Shown here one piece after another: positions 18,562-29,502 of a stretch of DNA of 64,000 nt; position 1 is the first letter of the stretch; each line of letters opens with the position of its first letter. Source of the DNA: Syntrophales bacterium. Lineage in GTDB: Bacteria; Desulfobacterota; Syntrophia; Syntrophales; PHBD01. A program made the position numbers and the translations under genes. Below the pieces are notes generated by a model. It worked only from the letters and a program-made list of their open reading frames with translations. It was not told where the DNA came from and ran no database searches. The stretch is taken from positions 3,648,001 to 3,712,000 of the forward strand of contig OY764159.1 of NCBI GenBank assembly GCA_963668175.1, given 5' to 3'.

Positions 18562-21090
18562 TTACTCTTTATAGGCGTACTTACGCTTTTTTTGTTCATA
18601 CATCAGGGCATCCGCCTGGGATATGAGATCGTCGATGGAGCCGGGCGTATCGGGATCTTTGTAAACGATACCGATGCTCATGGAAATCATGTACTCTTTC
18701 CGCTGGTGGGCGTTATGTTCGTCGATATGCTGCTGGAGTCTCCGTTTTAAGATATCGGAATCCTCCCGGGAGACGCCTCCGGCCAGTACGACAAACTCGT
18801 CGCCCCCGGTGCGGGCGATGATATCCGATTCCCGGAAGACGCCTTTGAGAATCTTCGCCGTCTCGATCAAGGCGTCGTCCCCTTGCTGATGACCAAGGGT
18901 ATCGTTGATCCACTTTAATCCATCCAGATCGGCGAACAGGAGCAGGATTCTCGTCCGCGCCCTTTCTGCGACTTTCAACTGCTTTTCCGCGAGCGTCAGA
19001 AATCCCCTTCTGTTGAAGAGTCCCGTGAGCTGATCCGTGATCGAGAGGGCCATAATCTGCTCTTCCAGCATCTTATGTTCGGTCATATCCATGGAATTCC
19101 CCAGGATAGCCGGCCTGCCTTCATAGAGAATCGACGTGACCGTTTCCATGATCCAACGAATCTCCCCTTTCTTCGATGTTATCCGGAATTCGTAGGGGGA
19201 ATTCCTGGTACCTTGCAGCATGGCACGGGCGTTTTGCCTGGCACTCTCCCGATCCTCGGGATAAACGAGCTGATTCGCCGGCTGGTCCTGCAATTCATCC
19301 TTGGTATAACCGGCAAATGTGGCGGCGTTGTCGTTGATATAACGGAATTTGCTGTCCTGTACGACATAAACCCCTGCAAAGGACCTCTCGGCGAGGGTAC
19401 GGTAAAGCACTTCCGCCGCCTGCAGGGCCTCCTCCGCCTGCTTGCGGTCGGTATTGTCCCGGATGCATTCAATGGCGGCGATCACATCTCCTCTCGAGTT
19501 GCGCAACACCGAGGCCGAGGCAGCAAGATGCGTCACGCCGCCGGGCAGATTCGGCGTATAGGATTCACCGGACAGGACATCGCCCGTCTTCTGCAGGGCG
19601 GTGTAGTATCTTTCCTTTTCCGGATCGGGATGGAGGGCCAGGTCGATCAGCATGGGTCTTATCGCACCATAGAACGGCACCGTATAGGCATGGTCCCCCT
19701 TGCCGATCATCTCCGCCGCCTTAACGCCGGTCATGACCTCCATGGCACGGTTCCAGGCAATAACTTTACCGTCCTTGTCAATCACGAACGTAGCATCGGG
19801 GAGAAACTGGATGATTTCATATAACCGTTGCTGGGATTCCTTCAATTCGTCTTCGGCGAGTCTCCTCTTGGAAATGTCGCGGAAGCTCCAGACACGGCCG
19901 ACGGGCTTCCGTTCCAGCAGCTGCGGCTGCGAATAACGTTCATAAACGCGCCCGTCCTTTAATTCCAGGACATCGAAGCTCGAATCCTCAGGATGGACAT
20001 TCAGGTCTTGGATGGTAGAGAGAAACGCATTAGGGTCCTGTAACTGTACAAGGATGTGTTTGAGTGCCAGCTCGTCATTTCGCCTCGCAAGCACATCGCC
20101 GGAAAGGTTCCATAGCCTCGCGAATTGCTTGTTGTTACCGGCAAACCGGCCAGCGCTGTCCACGACGAGAATCCCGTCCGTCGTCGATTCGAGAGTCGCC
20201 TGAATGAGCGACAGCGATCTCTTGAGTTCATCGTCAGCCCTTTTGCGATCCGTGATATCTTCCTTGAAGGCTATATAATACTTCATCTGGCCGTTCTCGT
20301 CGACGATGGAAGATATGGATGTACGCTCCCACACGCAGTTGCCGTCCTTCTTCCGGTTGAATAATTCCCCCCGCCAGACCTTACCGGCGGCAATCGTCCG
20401 CCACAGCTGTTCGTAGAGTTCCGGGGACGTGTAGCCCGATTTGAACATACGGGGATTACGGCCGATGACATCATCGAAATTGTAGCCGCTCGTCTCGGTA
20501 AATCTGGAATTGACGAACGTAATATTGCCCTGGAGATCCGTTATGATGACCGAGATGGGACTTTCTTCCACCGCCAGAAGGAACTGGCGCAGGGCTTCCT
20601 GCACCATTTTGTGATCGGTAATCTCGTGAAAGTACCAACTGCGCCCGACGTACGCCCCATCCGGCCCGTTCACCGGTGCGGAATAACAGTCCAGGGTACG
20701 GCCGTCTATCAAGACAAGTTCTTCCCTGCTTATGGACTTCCTGTCTTTGTTGAGGGCATCGATTTTGTGAAGCCACGTCGTTTTATCGGCCAGTTTGCTC
20801 AATATGTGAACAAGGAGAGGTTCCCCCGATCGCGATTCCGCCATTTCCCTGGGCACACCCCACATCTCTACGAACTTTTCGTTGTACGTAAGCATATTGC
20901 CCTGTTTGTCGATAATGAGAACGCCCTCAATATTCACTTCCTGCTGAGCCGAAAAGATGATCTCCTTTAATTTGTATTTTTCCTCCCGGTGCCGGCATTC
21001 TGCAACGGTGTTCTCCAGATCGGACAGGGAGTTGCGCAACACGGACAATTCTTCGATCAGCTGCTTTTTCGTCTTTCCCTCATCCTTCAT
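18562..21090 (-). CDS. Multi-PAS diguanylate cyclase
   Basis: About five PAS repeats; DQLTGLFNRR, DLDGLKWINDTLGH, RESD I-site, GGDEF. Confidence 0.93.
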   Translation of the reverse strand: MKDEGKTKKQLIEELSVLRNSLSDLENTVAECRHREEKYKLKEIIFSAQQEVNIEGVLIIDKQGNMLTYNEKFVEMWGVPREMAESRSGEPLLVHILSKLADKTTWLHKIDALNKDRKSISREELVLIDGRTLDCYSAPVNGPDGAYVGRSWYFHEITDHKMVQEALRQFLLAVEESPISVIITDLQGNITFVNSRFTETSGYNFDDVIGRNPRMFKSGYTSPELYEQLWRTIAAGKVWRGELFNRKKDGNCVWERTSISSIVDENGQMKYYIAFKEDITDRKRADDELKRSLSLIQATLESTTDGILVVDSAGRFAGNNKQFARLWNLSGDVLARRNDELALKHILVQLQDPNAFLSTIQDLNVHPEDSSFDVLELKDGRVYERYSQPQLLERKPVGRVWSFRDISKRRLAEDELKESQQRLYEIIQFLPDATFVIDKDGKVIAWNRAMEVMTGVKAAEMIGKGDHAYTVPFYGAIRPMLIDLALHPDPEKERYYTALQKTGDVLSGESYTPNLPGGVTHLAASASVLRNSRGDVIAAIECIRDNTDRKQAEEALQAAEVLYRTLAERSFAGVYVVQDSKFRYINDNAATFAGYTKDELQDQPANQLVYPEDRESARQNARAMLQGTRNSPYEFRITSKKGEIRWIMETVTSILYEGRPAILGNSMDMTEHKMLEEQIMALSITDQLTGLFNRRGFLTLAEKQLKVAERARTRILLLFADLDGLKWINDTLGHQQGDDALIETAKILKGVFRESDIIARTGGDEFVVLAGGVSREDSDILKRRLQQHIDEHNAHQRKEYMISMSIGIVYKDPDTPGSIDDLISQADALMYEQKKRKYAYKE

Positions 21091-21519
21091 GCCATCCACC
21101 TTTTACAGCCATCACCGACCGGGGCGCACAACGCGATCGGCCGTGTAATCATTCAACAGCGAGTCGCCCCCATCCCGTATCCCACGTCATGATTTTCGGA
21201 CACCGGCCGCAGCCCCGTCGATCAGCCGCCAGACCTATCGTTTGAATATAACCTTGCATATTTTCATATTTTTTTCAATATGATCGCTGCTTTTCCCCGC
21301 CTTCCTTGATCATGACATCCTTCTTCCGTCGGATAATGCCGACAGATCGCGGCTGCCATATCGATCTTGTGTGCGTTGACGGCTCTTTATCCGCCAAGAA
21401 AAAAGCGGCATACGCGTCACCGCCGTCATTGCCGCTTTTCTTCTTCTCTTATGGATGGAAGCCATAGCGCAATCGAGCCATCCATTGTTTCCCCTTTAAC
21501 TGTCTTTATGCCGCCCGGC

Positions 21520-21813
21520 CTATGCCTGCCTGACAAAGCAGGCGAATCGTTCGTCATACTTAAGTGGAGCGAACGCTATAAACTGATAATCGGCGGCTCC
21601 GTGAATCGAAAAGGGGTCTCGTTTCATTATGTCCCGCGCTTCTTCGACACTATCCACGTCGGCGATGATCACGCCTCCTACTCGCGGGTCCTGGGGACCG
21701 GAACAGACGAATTTCCTGTTTCGGTACTGCTCGTCCAGAAAGCGGCGATGCTCGACGAGTAAGGCGTCGATCTCATCCAGAGGTTTTATATATTTGCTCG
21801 TAATGACGACCAT
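21520..21813 (-). CDS. YciI family protein
   Basis: HRRFLD, SGPQDPRVGGVI, DPF motifs; 97 aa; AAGGAG RBS. Confidence 0.88.
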   Translation of the reverse strand: MVVITSKYIKPLDEIDALLVEHRRFLDEQYRNRKFVCSGPQDPRVGGVIIADVDSVEEARDIMKRDPFSIHGAADYQFIAFAPLKYDERFACFVRQA

Positions 21814-21909
21814 TGGCTCTCCTTTCGTATGTTCCCTGAGCGTATTCGGGAAGACCGTTTCCCAGCATTATGTCGGCGCGGAACACCGCGGCTTGCCCGG
21901 CCCCGGCAA

Positions 21910-22563
21910 CTAATAGCCAAGGTCTTCGTTAATCAGCACAATCATGATTCGGCCCTTGGGAAAGGATTTTTCCGTAACTGCCCAGACATTGCAGATTCGG
22001 TCCGGGCTCTTGCAATCCTGGCAGAACGCCGTACTCGCGCAGGGGGTCTTTTTGCCCAGCCGGACGGCGTTGATGGGCGCGGCGATATCCTTAACGCGGT
22101 TGAAAGCAGCCTCGAGATCGGGTACGATCTTGTTGCGGCCCACAGCGAGAATGACATTCTTGGGACCGAAATTGATCGCGCCGACCCGATTACCCGTGGC
22201 ATCGAGATTGACGAGTTGACCCTGTTCGGTAAGGGCGTTGGTCCCCGTGATGAAGAGATCGGCCAGAAGCCCCTGACGGCGGCGTTCATAGGATTCCTCC
22301 GGTTTGATCCCGGTCTCATAGGGATTGATGACGGTAAACGTCCCCTTCTTCAGGATGGCGTCCGTCACTCCCGTCGCTCCTATGGTCATGGACCCGCCCC
22401 AGGAAACGACCTTGGGTTTGATCTTGGGAATCAGTTTCTTTAAAATGATTTCTCCGGCCTCGGCAGCCGTCTGTGCCTGGAATACTTCAAAATTGTTCGC
22501 TTTAAGCTCCTTGGCAACGGTTGCCAGTTTTAACTGCCAGTAAGTTTCGATCGGATTCGGCAT
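21910..22563 (-). CDS. LUD domain (lactate utilisation protein-like) with C-terminal Cys cluster
   Basis: GGSMT, TGTNALT..G.LVNLDATGNRV, GRNKIV, TPC...CQDC....RIC. Confidence 0.88.
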   Translation of the reverse strand: MPNPIETYWQLKLATVAKELKANNFEVFQAQTAAEAGEIILKKLIPKIKPKVVSWGGSMTIGATGVTDAILKKGTFTVINPYETGIKPEESYERRRQGLLADLFITGTNALTEQGQLVNLDATGNRVGAINFGPKNVILAVGRNKIVPDLEAAFNRVKDIAAPINAVRLGKKTPCASTAFCQDCKSPDRICNVWAVTEKSFPKGRIMIVLINEDLGY

Positions 22564-22876
22564 AGGTGTTCCTCCTTCTGTGTGATGTGTCTATCTCCGA
22601 GAACGCCTGTCTCAATCAGGCAGGTATGATGCGCACAGCTCCCCGCCGGGGCAAGATGATATGAAGATGATATAAACGATTCTCCTTCGGAATTCAAGTC
22701 CTTGAGTTCGTTGACCGCGCCTTCCGTCCATATCCTCATGGATCGCCGCTGTCGGCCGGTATCACGTTTTTAATGCGGGCTGTGAGCTTAATGCGGAAAA
22801 CGTTTGGATACCAGCAAGTTGTACGGCCTATGCATCTCTATTCCTCGGCTGGTCTTCTTTTCCCCCGAATTACGAT

Positions 22877-25800
22877 CTAGAGAATCTCCTTGATTTTCCG
22901 CGACAGATCGTAAATCCGGAAAGGTTTCTGAACAAAGCCCTTGCAGCCTCTCGCCATGATTTGCTGTGCCTCGCCATTGATGCTGTAGCCGCTCGACAGG
23001 ATGACTTTGATGTCGGGATTGAGTTCCATCAGGCTGTCGAAGGTCTTCCCTCCGCTCATCCCCGGCATGACCATATCCAGAATGACAAGATCGATCTCCC
23101 GGCCTTTCTCCAGATAAAGGGCGATCGCCTCCTGGCCGCTGCCCGCCGTGATAACCCTGTAACCGAGATTTTCCAGAAGCTCCTTGGTAACGGCGATGTT
23201 GCTCACCTCGTCATCCACAAGGAGGATGGTCTCTTTTCCAGTATAAATGCTCTGATCCTGGGGTTTCTCCTCGGCCGCTTCCGTCTTCTCCGAAGCGGGG
23301 AGATAGATGTTGAACGTCGATCCCCTCCCCTGTTCCGAGTAAACATTGATGAAACCGCCGTGATTCTTGACGATGCCGTAAGCGGAAGCCAGGCCCAGTC
23401 CCGTGCCCTTTCCCGGTCCTTTCGTCGTGAAGAAAGGCTCGAAGATCCGCTCTTTCGTCTTTTCGTCCATTCCTATCCCTGTGTCGGTCACGGACACCTT
23501 CACGTATCTTCCCGCAGCAACTTCGTGAGCTTTGACATCCCAGTCGCGCAGGACGACATTTCTGGTCTCGAGAAAAATGCTGCCCCCCTCGGGCATGGCC
23601 TGCCAGGCATTAATGTACAGATTGTAGAGGACCTGCTCGATCTGCCCCTGATCGGCATCCACCAGCCAGATATCTTTCTGGAACGACTTGATGATTTCAA
23701 TCTCTTTCTTGGTGCGGTTGAACACGTCGGACGATTTATCGATGAGTTGATTGAGATCCGTTGTCTTGACTTCGTACTTCCCGCCTCTGGCGAAACCCAG
23801 CAACTGCCTGGTCATATTGGCAGCGCTCGATATCTGCTCCTCGATTTTCAAGAGCCGGGGACGATGGGGATGATCCGACTTAAGATCGAGCTGCATGAGG
23901 GAAATGTATCCCTGGATCGCCGTGAGGATATTATTGAAATCGTGGGCGATACCGCCGGCCAGCGTTCCGATGGCCTCCATTTTCTGGGCCTGGATGAGTT
24001 GCTCTTCCAGTTTTTTCTGGAGCGTGATGTCCCGGATAAAAATGAGGGTGGCGGGCTTGCCTTGCCATTCGATCGTTACGCCGCTGCATTCTCCCGAGAG
24101 CAAATCCCCCGATTTCGTCAGGAACCTGGCATGATAAAGGGCAGGTACGGCTTCCCCCGTGATCCGCCGCATATGAATGTCCACAACCATGTCCCGGTCC
24201 TCGGCATGGACAAAATCGAGAAAGGACTTCCGGAGAAATTCGTCCATCGTGAAGCCGAGCAATTTTTCCGCAGTAGGATTGGCAAATTGAACGAAGCCGT
24301 TCTGGACGACCGTAATACATTCGTTGGCGTTCTCGATGAGCAGACGGTACATCTCCTCCGACCGCTTCAAAGAATCCATGGCGTTTCTTGTCGCTGTGAC
24401 ATCCGTGACAATCTCGACCGCGCCGATGATATCGCCCTGTTCGTCCTTGACCGGGTAACCGCGCAAGACCCATTGTTTACCATATGAAGAAAGTTCTTCG
24501 TAGATCTGGGGTTCTCCCGTTTCCATGGCAGACCTCGCCGGACAGAATGGACAGGCCGAATCCCGGCCGTGCACCTTGTAACAACGCCCGCCCTCGAAAT
24601 CGGAAGGAGTCAGGTGAAAGGAATCGTACATGGCCCTGTTGGCCCAGATCACCCGGTAATCGGTATCGACGTAGACGACGATTTCCGACATGACGTCCAG
24701 GATGATGGCCTTCTCGCGCTCCGATTTCCGAAGTCTGACCTCCGCTTCCCGGCGTTCCGTGATGTCCCGGGCGGCGGCATATATGAGTCTGTTCTGATAG
24801 GGAACGGCACGCCATTCTATCCATCGATAAGATCCGTCTCTCGCCCGGCAGCGGTTGACGAAGTCGACGACATGCCTGCCCCGGGTCAGTTCGGTCAGCG
24901 CCGCCTTCGTACTGGCCGTATCGTCCGGATGCGTGAGATATAGAAGCTGTTTACCCGCCAGTTCGTCCATCGTATATCCCAGCGTCTCTTCCCAGGCATT
25001 GCTTACCCGCCGGAAACAGCCGTCCGTGTCGGCAATGCAGAGCAGGTCCAGAGAGAGACTGAAGAACCGGTCAAGTTCTTCCTGCTTGAGCAGCAGGGCC
25101 TCCTCCGCTCTCTTCCTCAAAGTGACGTCCTGGACGCTTCCTTCGTAATAACGGACTCCCCCTTCGTCGTTACGTACCATCCGGGCATTGACGGACACCC
25201 ATATACGACTTCCGTCCTTGCGAAAAATTTCGTACTCGATGTTGTCGATGTACCCCTGGGTCGCAAGGAGGCCGACAAACCGCTCCCGGTCGGCGGTATC
25301 TACATAATATTGAGTTGGGATTTCAGTGATGGCGGCAATCATTTCGGCCGGCGATCCGTATCCGCACATCCTGGCCATGGCCGGATTGACATTGATAAAA
25401 CGGCCTGCCGGCGTACTTTGATAGATGCCTTCCACTGCATTCTCAAAGATGCTGCGGTACCTCTCCTCGCTCTCTTTAAGGGCCAGGGTCATTTGCATGC
25501 GCTCGGTGATGTCCCTTACATAGCCCAGCGAAGCAGGCTGTCCCTGATAGAGGATCAGGGAAGACGATATGTCGACATGGATAATGGAACCGTCTCTCTT
25601 AACCAGCCGGCATTCGTAACGGAGTTCCGCGGAATCGCCCTGTTGGCGCCTCTTGATGAACTTCCGTATCATATCGCGGTCGGCAGGATGGACTACTTGC
25701 AGCCGGTCAAGGGAAGCAAAGGCATTCCTGTCGGTATACCCCAACATCTCCATATACCGGTCATTGAAGAAGATACGGTTGTCTTCCCGGAGGATGACAA

Positions 25801-25966
25801 CGCCGTCATTGGAATGCTCGGTGGCCAGACGATAGAGTTCGTTCGTGTCCGGTAAGGTCCCGTTTGTCCGGCCTCCCTCATCGGAGAGAGGAAGGGTGTT
25901 GTCCTGAAAACGTCGCTGCTGCGGTGTCTCTTCCGGACGCTCCTGTGCCTCCCTTTCTTTGGCCAT
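22877..25966 (-). CDS. Multi-PAS hybrid sensor histidine kinase/response regulator
   Basis: Five PAS repeats; [11 protein letters not shown]-box, [26 protein letters not shown]; receiver with LDMVMP. Confidence 0.93.
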   Translation of the reverse strand: MAKEREAQERPEETPQQRRFQDNTLPLSDEGGRTNGTLPDTNELYRLATEHSNDGVVILREDNRIFFNDRYMEMLGYTDRNAFASLDRLQVVHPADRDMIRKFIKRRQQGDSAELRYECRLVKRDGSIIHVDISSSLILYQGQPASLGYVRDITERMQMTLALKESEERYRSIFENAVEGIYQSTPAGRFINVNPAMARMCGYGSPAEMIAAITEIPTQYYVDTADRERFVGLLATQGYIDNIEYEIFRKDGSRIWVSVNARMVRNDEGGVRYYEGSVQDVTLRKRAEEALLLKQEELDRFFSLSLDLLCIADTDGCFRRVSNAWEETLGYTMDELAGKQLLYLTHPDDTASTKAALTELTRGRHVVDFVNRCRARDGSYRWIEWRAVPYQNRLIYAAARDITERREAEVRLRKSEREKAIILDVMSEIVVYVDTDYRVIWANRAMYDSFHLTPSDFEGGRCYKVHGRDSACPFCPARSAMETGEPQIYEELSSYGKQWVLRGYPVKDEQGDIIGAVEIVTDVTATRNAMDSLKRSEEMYRLLIENANECITVVQNGFVQFANPTAEKLLGFTMDEFLRKSFLDFVHAEDRDMVVDIHMRRITGEAVPALYHARFLTKSGDLLSGECSGVTIEWQGKPATLIFIRDITLQKKLEEQLIQAQKMEAIGTLAGGIAHDFNNILTAIQGYISLMQLDLKSDHPHRPRLLKIEEQISSAANMTRQLLGFARGGKYEVKTTDLNQLIDKSSDVFNRTKKEIEIIKSFQKDIWLVDADQGQIEQVLYNLYINAWQAMPEGGSIFLETRNVVLRDWDVKAHEVAAGRYVKVSVTDTGIGMDEKTKERIFEPFFTTKGPGKGTGLGLASAYGIVKNHGGFINVYSEQGRGSTFNIYLPASEKTEAAEEKPQDQSIYTGKETILLVDDEVSNIAVTKELLENLGYRVITAGSGQEAIALYLEKGREIDLVILDMVMPGMSGGKTFDSLMELNPDIKVILSSGYSINGEAQQIMARGCKGFVQKPFRIYDLSRKIKEIL

Positions 25967-26082
25967 GACGCACCTCGCTTATCGTGAATAGCGACAGAAA
26001 CTCTCTTTTCGGACGATGCTCCCTTATAACACAACAGCACATATTGACCAAGGTCTAACTGTCGCGCATGTATTCCTTTTTC

Positions 26083-26127
26083 TTGACGCCTTCGTAACAC
26101 TTTCTCTATAATGGAATATCATTTATA
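26083..26127 (+). promoter_or_regulatory. Sigma70 promoter of bfr with overlapping near-palindrome (possible Fur/PerR-family site)
   Basis: TTGACG-N18-TATAAT; TATAATGGAATATCATTTATA is imperfectly palindromic. Confidence 0.55.
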
Positions 26128-26165
26128 GATGATACTTCATGATTTAATCTACGACAGGAGGAAAC

Positions 26166-26702
26166 ATGGCTCAAAATACAAAAGACGCTCGGAAGAAAAA
26201 GATTATAGAGGTCCTGAACAAGGCGCGTTCCATGGAATTGCACGCCATCCATCAATACATGAACCAGCATTACAACCTGGCCGACATGGACTACGGCGAT
26301 CTGGCGGCCAAGATCAAACTGATCGCCATTGACGAGATGCGCCATGCCGAGATGTTCGCCGAAAGGATCAAGGAACTGGGCGGCGAGCCGACCACCGATC
26401 CGGCCGACAAGGTGCAAAAAGGACAGAAGGTGGAGACGGTCTTCATTTTCGACGCCGGCCTGGAAGACGATACGATCGACTCCTACAATCAGTTTCTACT
26501 GGTATGCAGGGAAAACGGCGACAGTATCAGCATGAAGCTCTTCGAAACCATCACCGATGAAGAACAGGCCCATTTCAACTATTTCGACAACGTGAGCGAT
26601 CACCTGAAGAAGCTCGGGGCCGCCTATCTCGCTCAAATAGCGGGAACCCCGGCGGATACCGGTGCGCCCTCCAAGGGCTTTGTCACCGGTCAGGCGGGAT
26701 AA
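26166..26702 (+). CDS. bfr: Bacterioferritin
   Basis: E..AIHQY, DEMRHAE (heme Met and ExxH), DEEQAH ferroxidase motifs. Confidence 0.88.
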   Translation: MAQNTKDARKKKIIEVLNKARSMELHAIHQYMNQHYNLADMDYGDLAAKIKLIAIDEMRHAEMFAERIKELGGEPTTDPADKVQKGQKVETVFIFDAGLEDDTIDSYNQFLLVCRENGDSISMKLFETITDEEQAHFNYFDNVSDHLKKLGAAYLAQIAGTPADTGAPSKGFVTGQAG

Positions 26703-26727
26703 GCGGTACCGTCAATCCCCGTCTTCC

Positions 26728-26907
26728 GATGCCGGGGCTGCCCTCTCCTTCCTTGCATCAGAGGAGGAGATGATACTCTTTTACCTGGAATGAAGCGAAG
26801 AAGGCTCTTTCAACGGGGAGAACGCTTTTCTTACCAAGCGTCTGATCGCGGAGGAGCGCACCCGCCTGAAAAAGCTCGTTGCTCTGAGCGGGGGCATGAT
26901 ATTTTGA
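26728..26907 (+). pseudogene. Remnant of the C-terminal half of a ferritin/rubrerythrin-family gene
   Basis: One frame reads DAGAALSFLASEEEMILFYLE*SEEGSFNGENAFLTKRLIAEERTRLKKLVAL with an in-frame TGA at 26791-93; resembles the E..(S/M)ILFY...LI.EE.xH helix pair with the His lost. Confidence 0.5.
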
Positions 26908-26966
26908 ATGAACCACGATGGTCGACCGGGACCACGATTCACCGCACAACAGCCAAGGAGTGATGG

Positions 26967-27491
26967 ATGAAAGAAAGGATAAACGCCCTGGAGACGGCCT
27001 TGAAGAATGAAAAGGCGGAACGCGATTTCTATATCAAGCATGCGGAAGAGACCAGGAATCTTTTCGGCAAGAGGCTCTTCGAAAGAATTGCCCGCGAAGA
27101 AACGGAGCATATGGAATCCATAGGCAAACTTCACGGGCAGTGGAAAGCAGCGGGGAAGTGGCCCGCCACCCTGCCCTTGACCGTGCAGGGCACGGAAGTC
27201 AGGACGTTGATCAAGGAAATAAAGAGGCAGGCCGCCGAGATCCCGGCGGGTACCGACGACGACCTTAAAGCGGTCCGTATCGCCCTCGACTTTGAAGCCA
27301 AAGGCAGGGATTTCTATGCGGCCTTGAGGGACCTGTCCGAGGATGAAAAGGAGAAAGACTTTTTCGACCTTCTTTCGCGCATAGAGAACGATCATTTCCA
27401 GTCCCTGAAGGAGACCGAGGAGTTTCTGGTCGACCCGGCGGCGTGGTACCGGAAGAGAGACGTATCCGGCTGGCTTGATGGCGGAGCGTAA
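26967..27491 (+). CDS. Ferritin-like / rubrerythrin-family diiron protein (no rubredoxin domain)
   Basis: Duplicated E...FY...ExxH motifs (EETEH, IENDH); C-terminal LDGG. Confidence 0.87.
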   Translation: MKERINALETALKNEKAERDFYIKHAEETRNLFGKRLFERIAREETEHMESIGKLHGQWKAAGKWPATLPLTVQGTEVRTLIKEIKRQAAEIPAGTDDDLKAVRIALDFEAKGRDFYAALRDLSEDEKEKDFFDLLSRIENDHFQSLKETEEFLVDPAAWYRKRDVSGWLDGGA

Positions 27492-27620
27492 CGAACAGCG
27501 TATCACCGTTGTCCGCAGCCCCTCGATATGGGCGCACTCCGACCTTGTTACGAGCGTGTATATTCCGCATGCCGGATACCCGGGCGCCGCACCGTTTAGA
27601 TTTTTTTACCGAATACCGCC

Positions 27621-28028
27621 TTAAACCTTGAACTCGGTGAGCCAGAGGTCGTGGAGATTACAGAAGCTTGTCGCCCAAAGGTTTCCGTGGAAACCGTCCA
27701 TGAGCTCGTAGTATGACGTAGGGGGAGCCGGATCCGTATAGGCGAAAGTCTTTTCTCCAAGAACGAGACCGTCTTCCGTCAGCAATTCGTGCTTGACAAT
27801 GTAATGTTGCAGACTCATCGGATGGTTTGTGACGATCTTCACCCTACCGGCCTCCATGGTGACGACCGGGGCATGGCTATTGACGATATTTATCCATCTT
27901 CCTGGATTATCCCGCGTATAGATCAGTCCTGGAGGGAATTTCGAGGCCGCATCCGCCCGTATAGCCGATCCCGCGATGAGCGTACCAACGGCCAATACAG
28001 ATCCTTTCAAAAACGCCCTTCTCTCCAT
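27621..28028 (-). CDS. Tat-exported superoxide reductase (desulfoferrodoxin ferrous-iron domain, 1Fe-SOR)
   Basis: RRAFLK Tat signal; SH.P, HPM...HYI, CNLHDLW iron ligands. Confidence 0.85.
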   Translation of the reverse strand: MERRAFLKGSVLAVGTLIAGSAIRADAASKFPPGLIYTRDNPGRWINIVNSHAPVVTMEAGRVKIVTNHPMSLQHYIVKHELLTEDGLVLGEKTFAYTDPAPPTSYYELMDGFHGNLWATSFCNLHDLWLTEFKV

Positions 28029-28233
28029 GCTGTTCTCCTTTCTGGCCCGACGGCGGAACGGTTCATGGGCACCCCGCTTCGGCGGTCATGCCGGAGACAG
28101 AGGTAAAGCTCCATGCCCCTGTAAACAGTCTGTGCCCATGAATGCCTTCCACCCTTTAAATGATCAGATTTTTCTCAAACGCCCTCTGCCACGCCTTATG
28201 CATATCCTCCGCACTCGGCCATATTACTCGTTC

Positions 28234-28407
28234 TTAGTGTCTCAAACGGCGCACAAGGTCCGTCATAAAGGCCTCTCGCTCCTGCAGATTCCTGCGAAAT
28301 TCCTTTTTATCCGTATCGGCGATTTCTCTTGTCAGGTCGGGGAGGTATCGCTCGAGGACGACTAAGAGTTTTTCCTCTTCTTGCGCTGACAGATTGAGTC
28401 TGGACAT
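28234..28407 (-). CDS. Small helical hypothetical protein (57 aa), not in ORF track
   Basis: AAGGAGG RBS; MSRLNLSAQEEEKLLVVLERYLPDLTREIADTDKKEFRRNLQEREAFMTDLVRRLRH, amphipathic helical pattern. Confidence 0.75.
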   Translation of the reverse strand: MSRLNLSAQEEEKLLVVLERYLPDLTREIADTDKKEFRRNLQEREAFMTDLVRRLRH

Positions 28408-28670
28408 GATCTTCCTCCTTTCCTTTGCTGACGGTATATTTAACGGTTAGAAACCAGACAACGCGCCACCGCCTTGATATTATGATTAGGTATTTCAAGG
28501 ATGATTCTCAATCGGGCAAATACTGATTTACGACTTCTAAATAACTGAAGATAGGGGGAGAAGATGATGATGGCAAAAGCGCAAGACGGCCTGAGAAGGG
28601 GAAGAGACTGTTCCTGATGATGACAAACGATTCTCGTCCCCCCCTGACCGGCCGGCCGACAGGGTTTGAG

Positions 28671-29378
28671 CTACTTCATCGCCGCCCTGGCGATCTCGTC
28701 CAGGAGTTTCGCGGCCTGAGGATTGCGGACAATCGGCCGGATCAGGATATCCGAAGGTTTTACTATTTTCCCGTAATAGGCTTCATTCAGGCTGTCCCGG
28801 CTTCCGGCAACGGCTCCCTGAAGCGATACGCCGCCATAAAGCCCCTTCGACCGGGAAAAGCTGAGGATGTCCGCGCTGAGATTGGCGGTCTGGGCCGACA
28901 GCCCCACGCCGAAAGGTCCGACAGCGATGGCGGCATCGGCACCGAGCTTGAAATTGGTTGACTGAAAAGCGGCGACACCCCTGTCCGTCATCACCAGGAG
29001 CAAGACTTCGGAAGATTGGCCGCCGATCAAGAGACCGATACTCGCCCCTCCGATCGTATAGAAAACAGGTCCATTCCATTTACCGTTTCCATCGCGCTGG
29101 AGAAACACGCCGCTGCCGCCCGAGGCACCGACAATGAAGCCCCCTTGAAGCATCTGGGGCATGATAAAGAGCCCTCTGGCATCCTTCAACAAATCGCGCA
29201 TGACCCCCATATATTCATCCTTCATGAGGCTTTGCAGCGTGATGAGAGACTTGTCCACAAGTTCCGCGGCTTCGGTCTTATCATCGGCGAAGGATGGGCA
29301 AACCACAAACAAATCATAACCCGACAAGACGGATACGACCAAGACGACGGCCGCAACTCTCGATAACATCTTTTCCAT
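28671..29378 (-). CDS. Ysc84/SYLF lipid-binding domain protein, exported
   Basis: GGFIVGASGGSG, GGASIGLLIGGQ, SRSKGLYGGVSLQG, NEAYYG; AGGAGG RBS. Confidence 0.9.
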   Translation of the reverse strand: MEKMLSRVAAVVLVVSVLSGYDLFVVCPSFADDKTEAAELVDKSLITLQSLMKDEYMGVMRDLLKDARGLFIMPQMLQGGFIVGASGGSGVFLQRDGNGKWNGPVFYTIGGASIGLLIGGQSSEVLLLVMTDRGVAAFQSTNFKLGADAAIAVGPFGVGLSAQTANLSADILSFSRSKGLYGGVSLQGAVAGSRDSLNEAYYGKIVKPSDILIRPIVRNPQAAKLLDEIARAAMK

Positions 29379-29502
29379 ATCGAACCCCCTCCTGTTTATT
29401 TCTTGTCTTTGTCGTCCCTCTTTCTTAAAAGACCTTTCCGGAGAACACCTCTGCCGTGAACAGGTCATTTTCGGAAGTCATCAAGACACGGAATCCGTTT
29501 CA

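Noticed and set aside
21428..21485. 19-aa minus-strand ORF after yciI with an AAGGGG RBS
   Set aside because: Too short, with no motif or supporting structure.
26791..26793. In-frame TGA as a possible selenocysteine codon
   Set aside because: Not at a Cys-equivalent position, the fragment lacks an N-terminal half and the key His, and I see no convincing SECIS.
26166..27491. Ferritin-like proteins as encapsulin cargo
   Set aside because: No encapsulin shell gene is in the window and there is no clear terminal targeting peptide.
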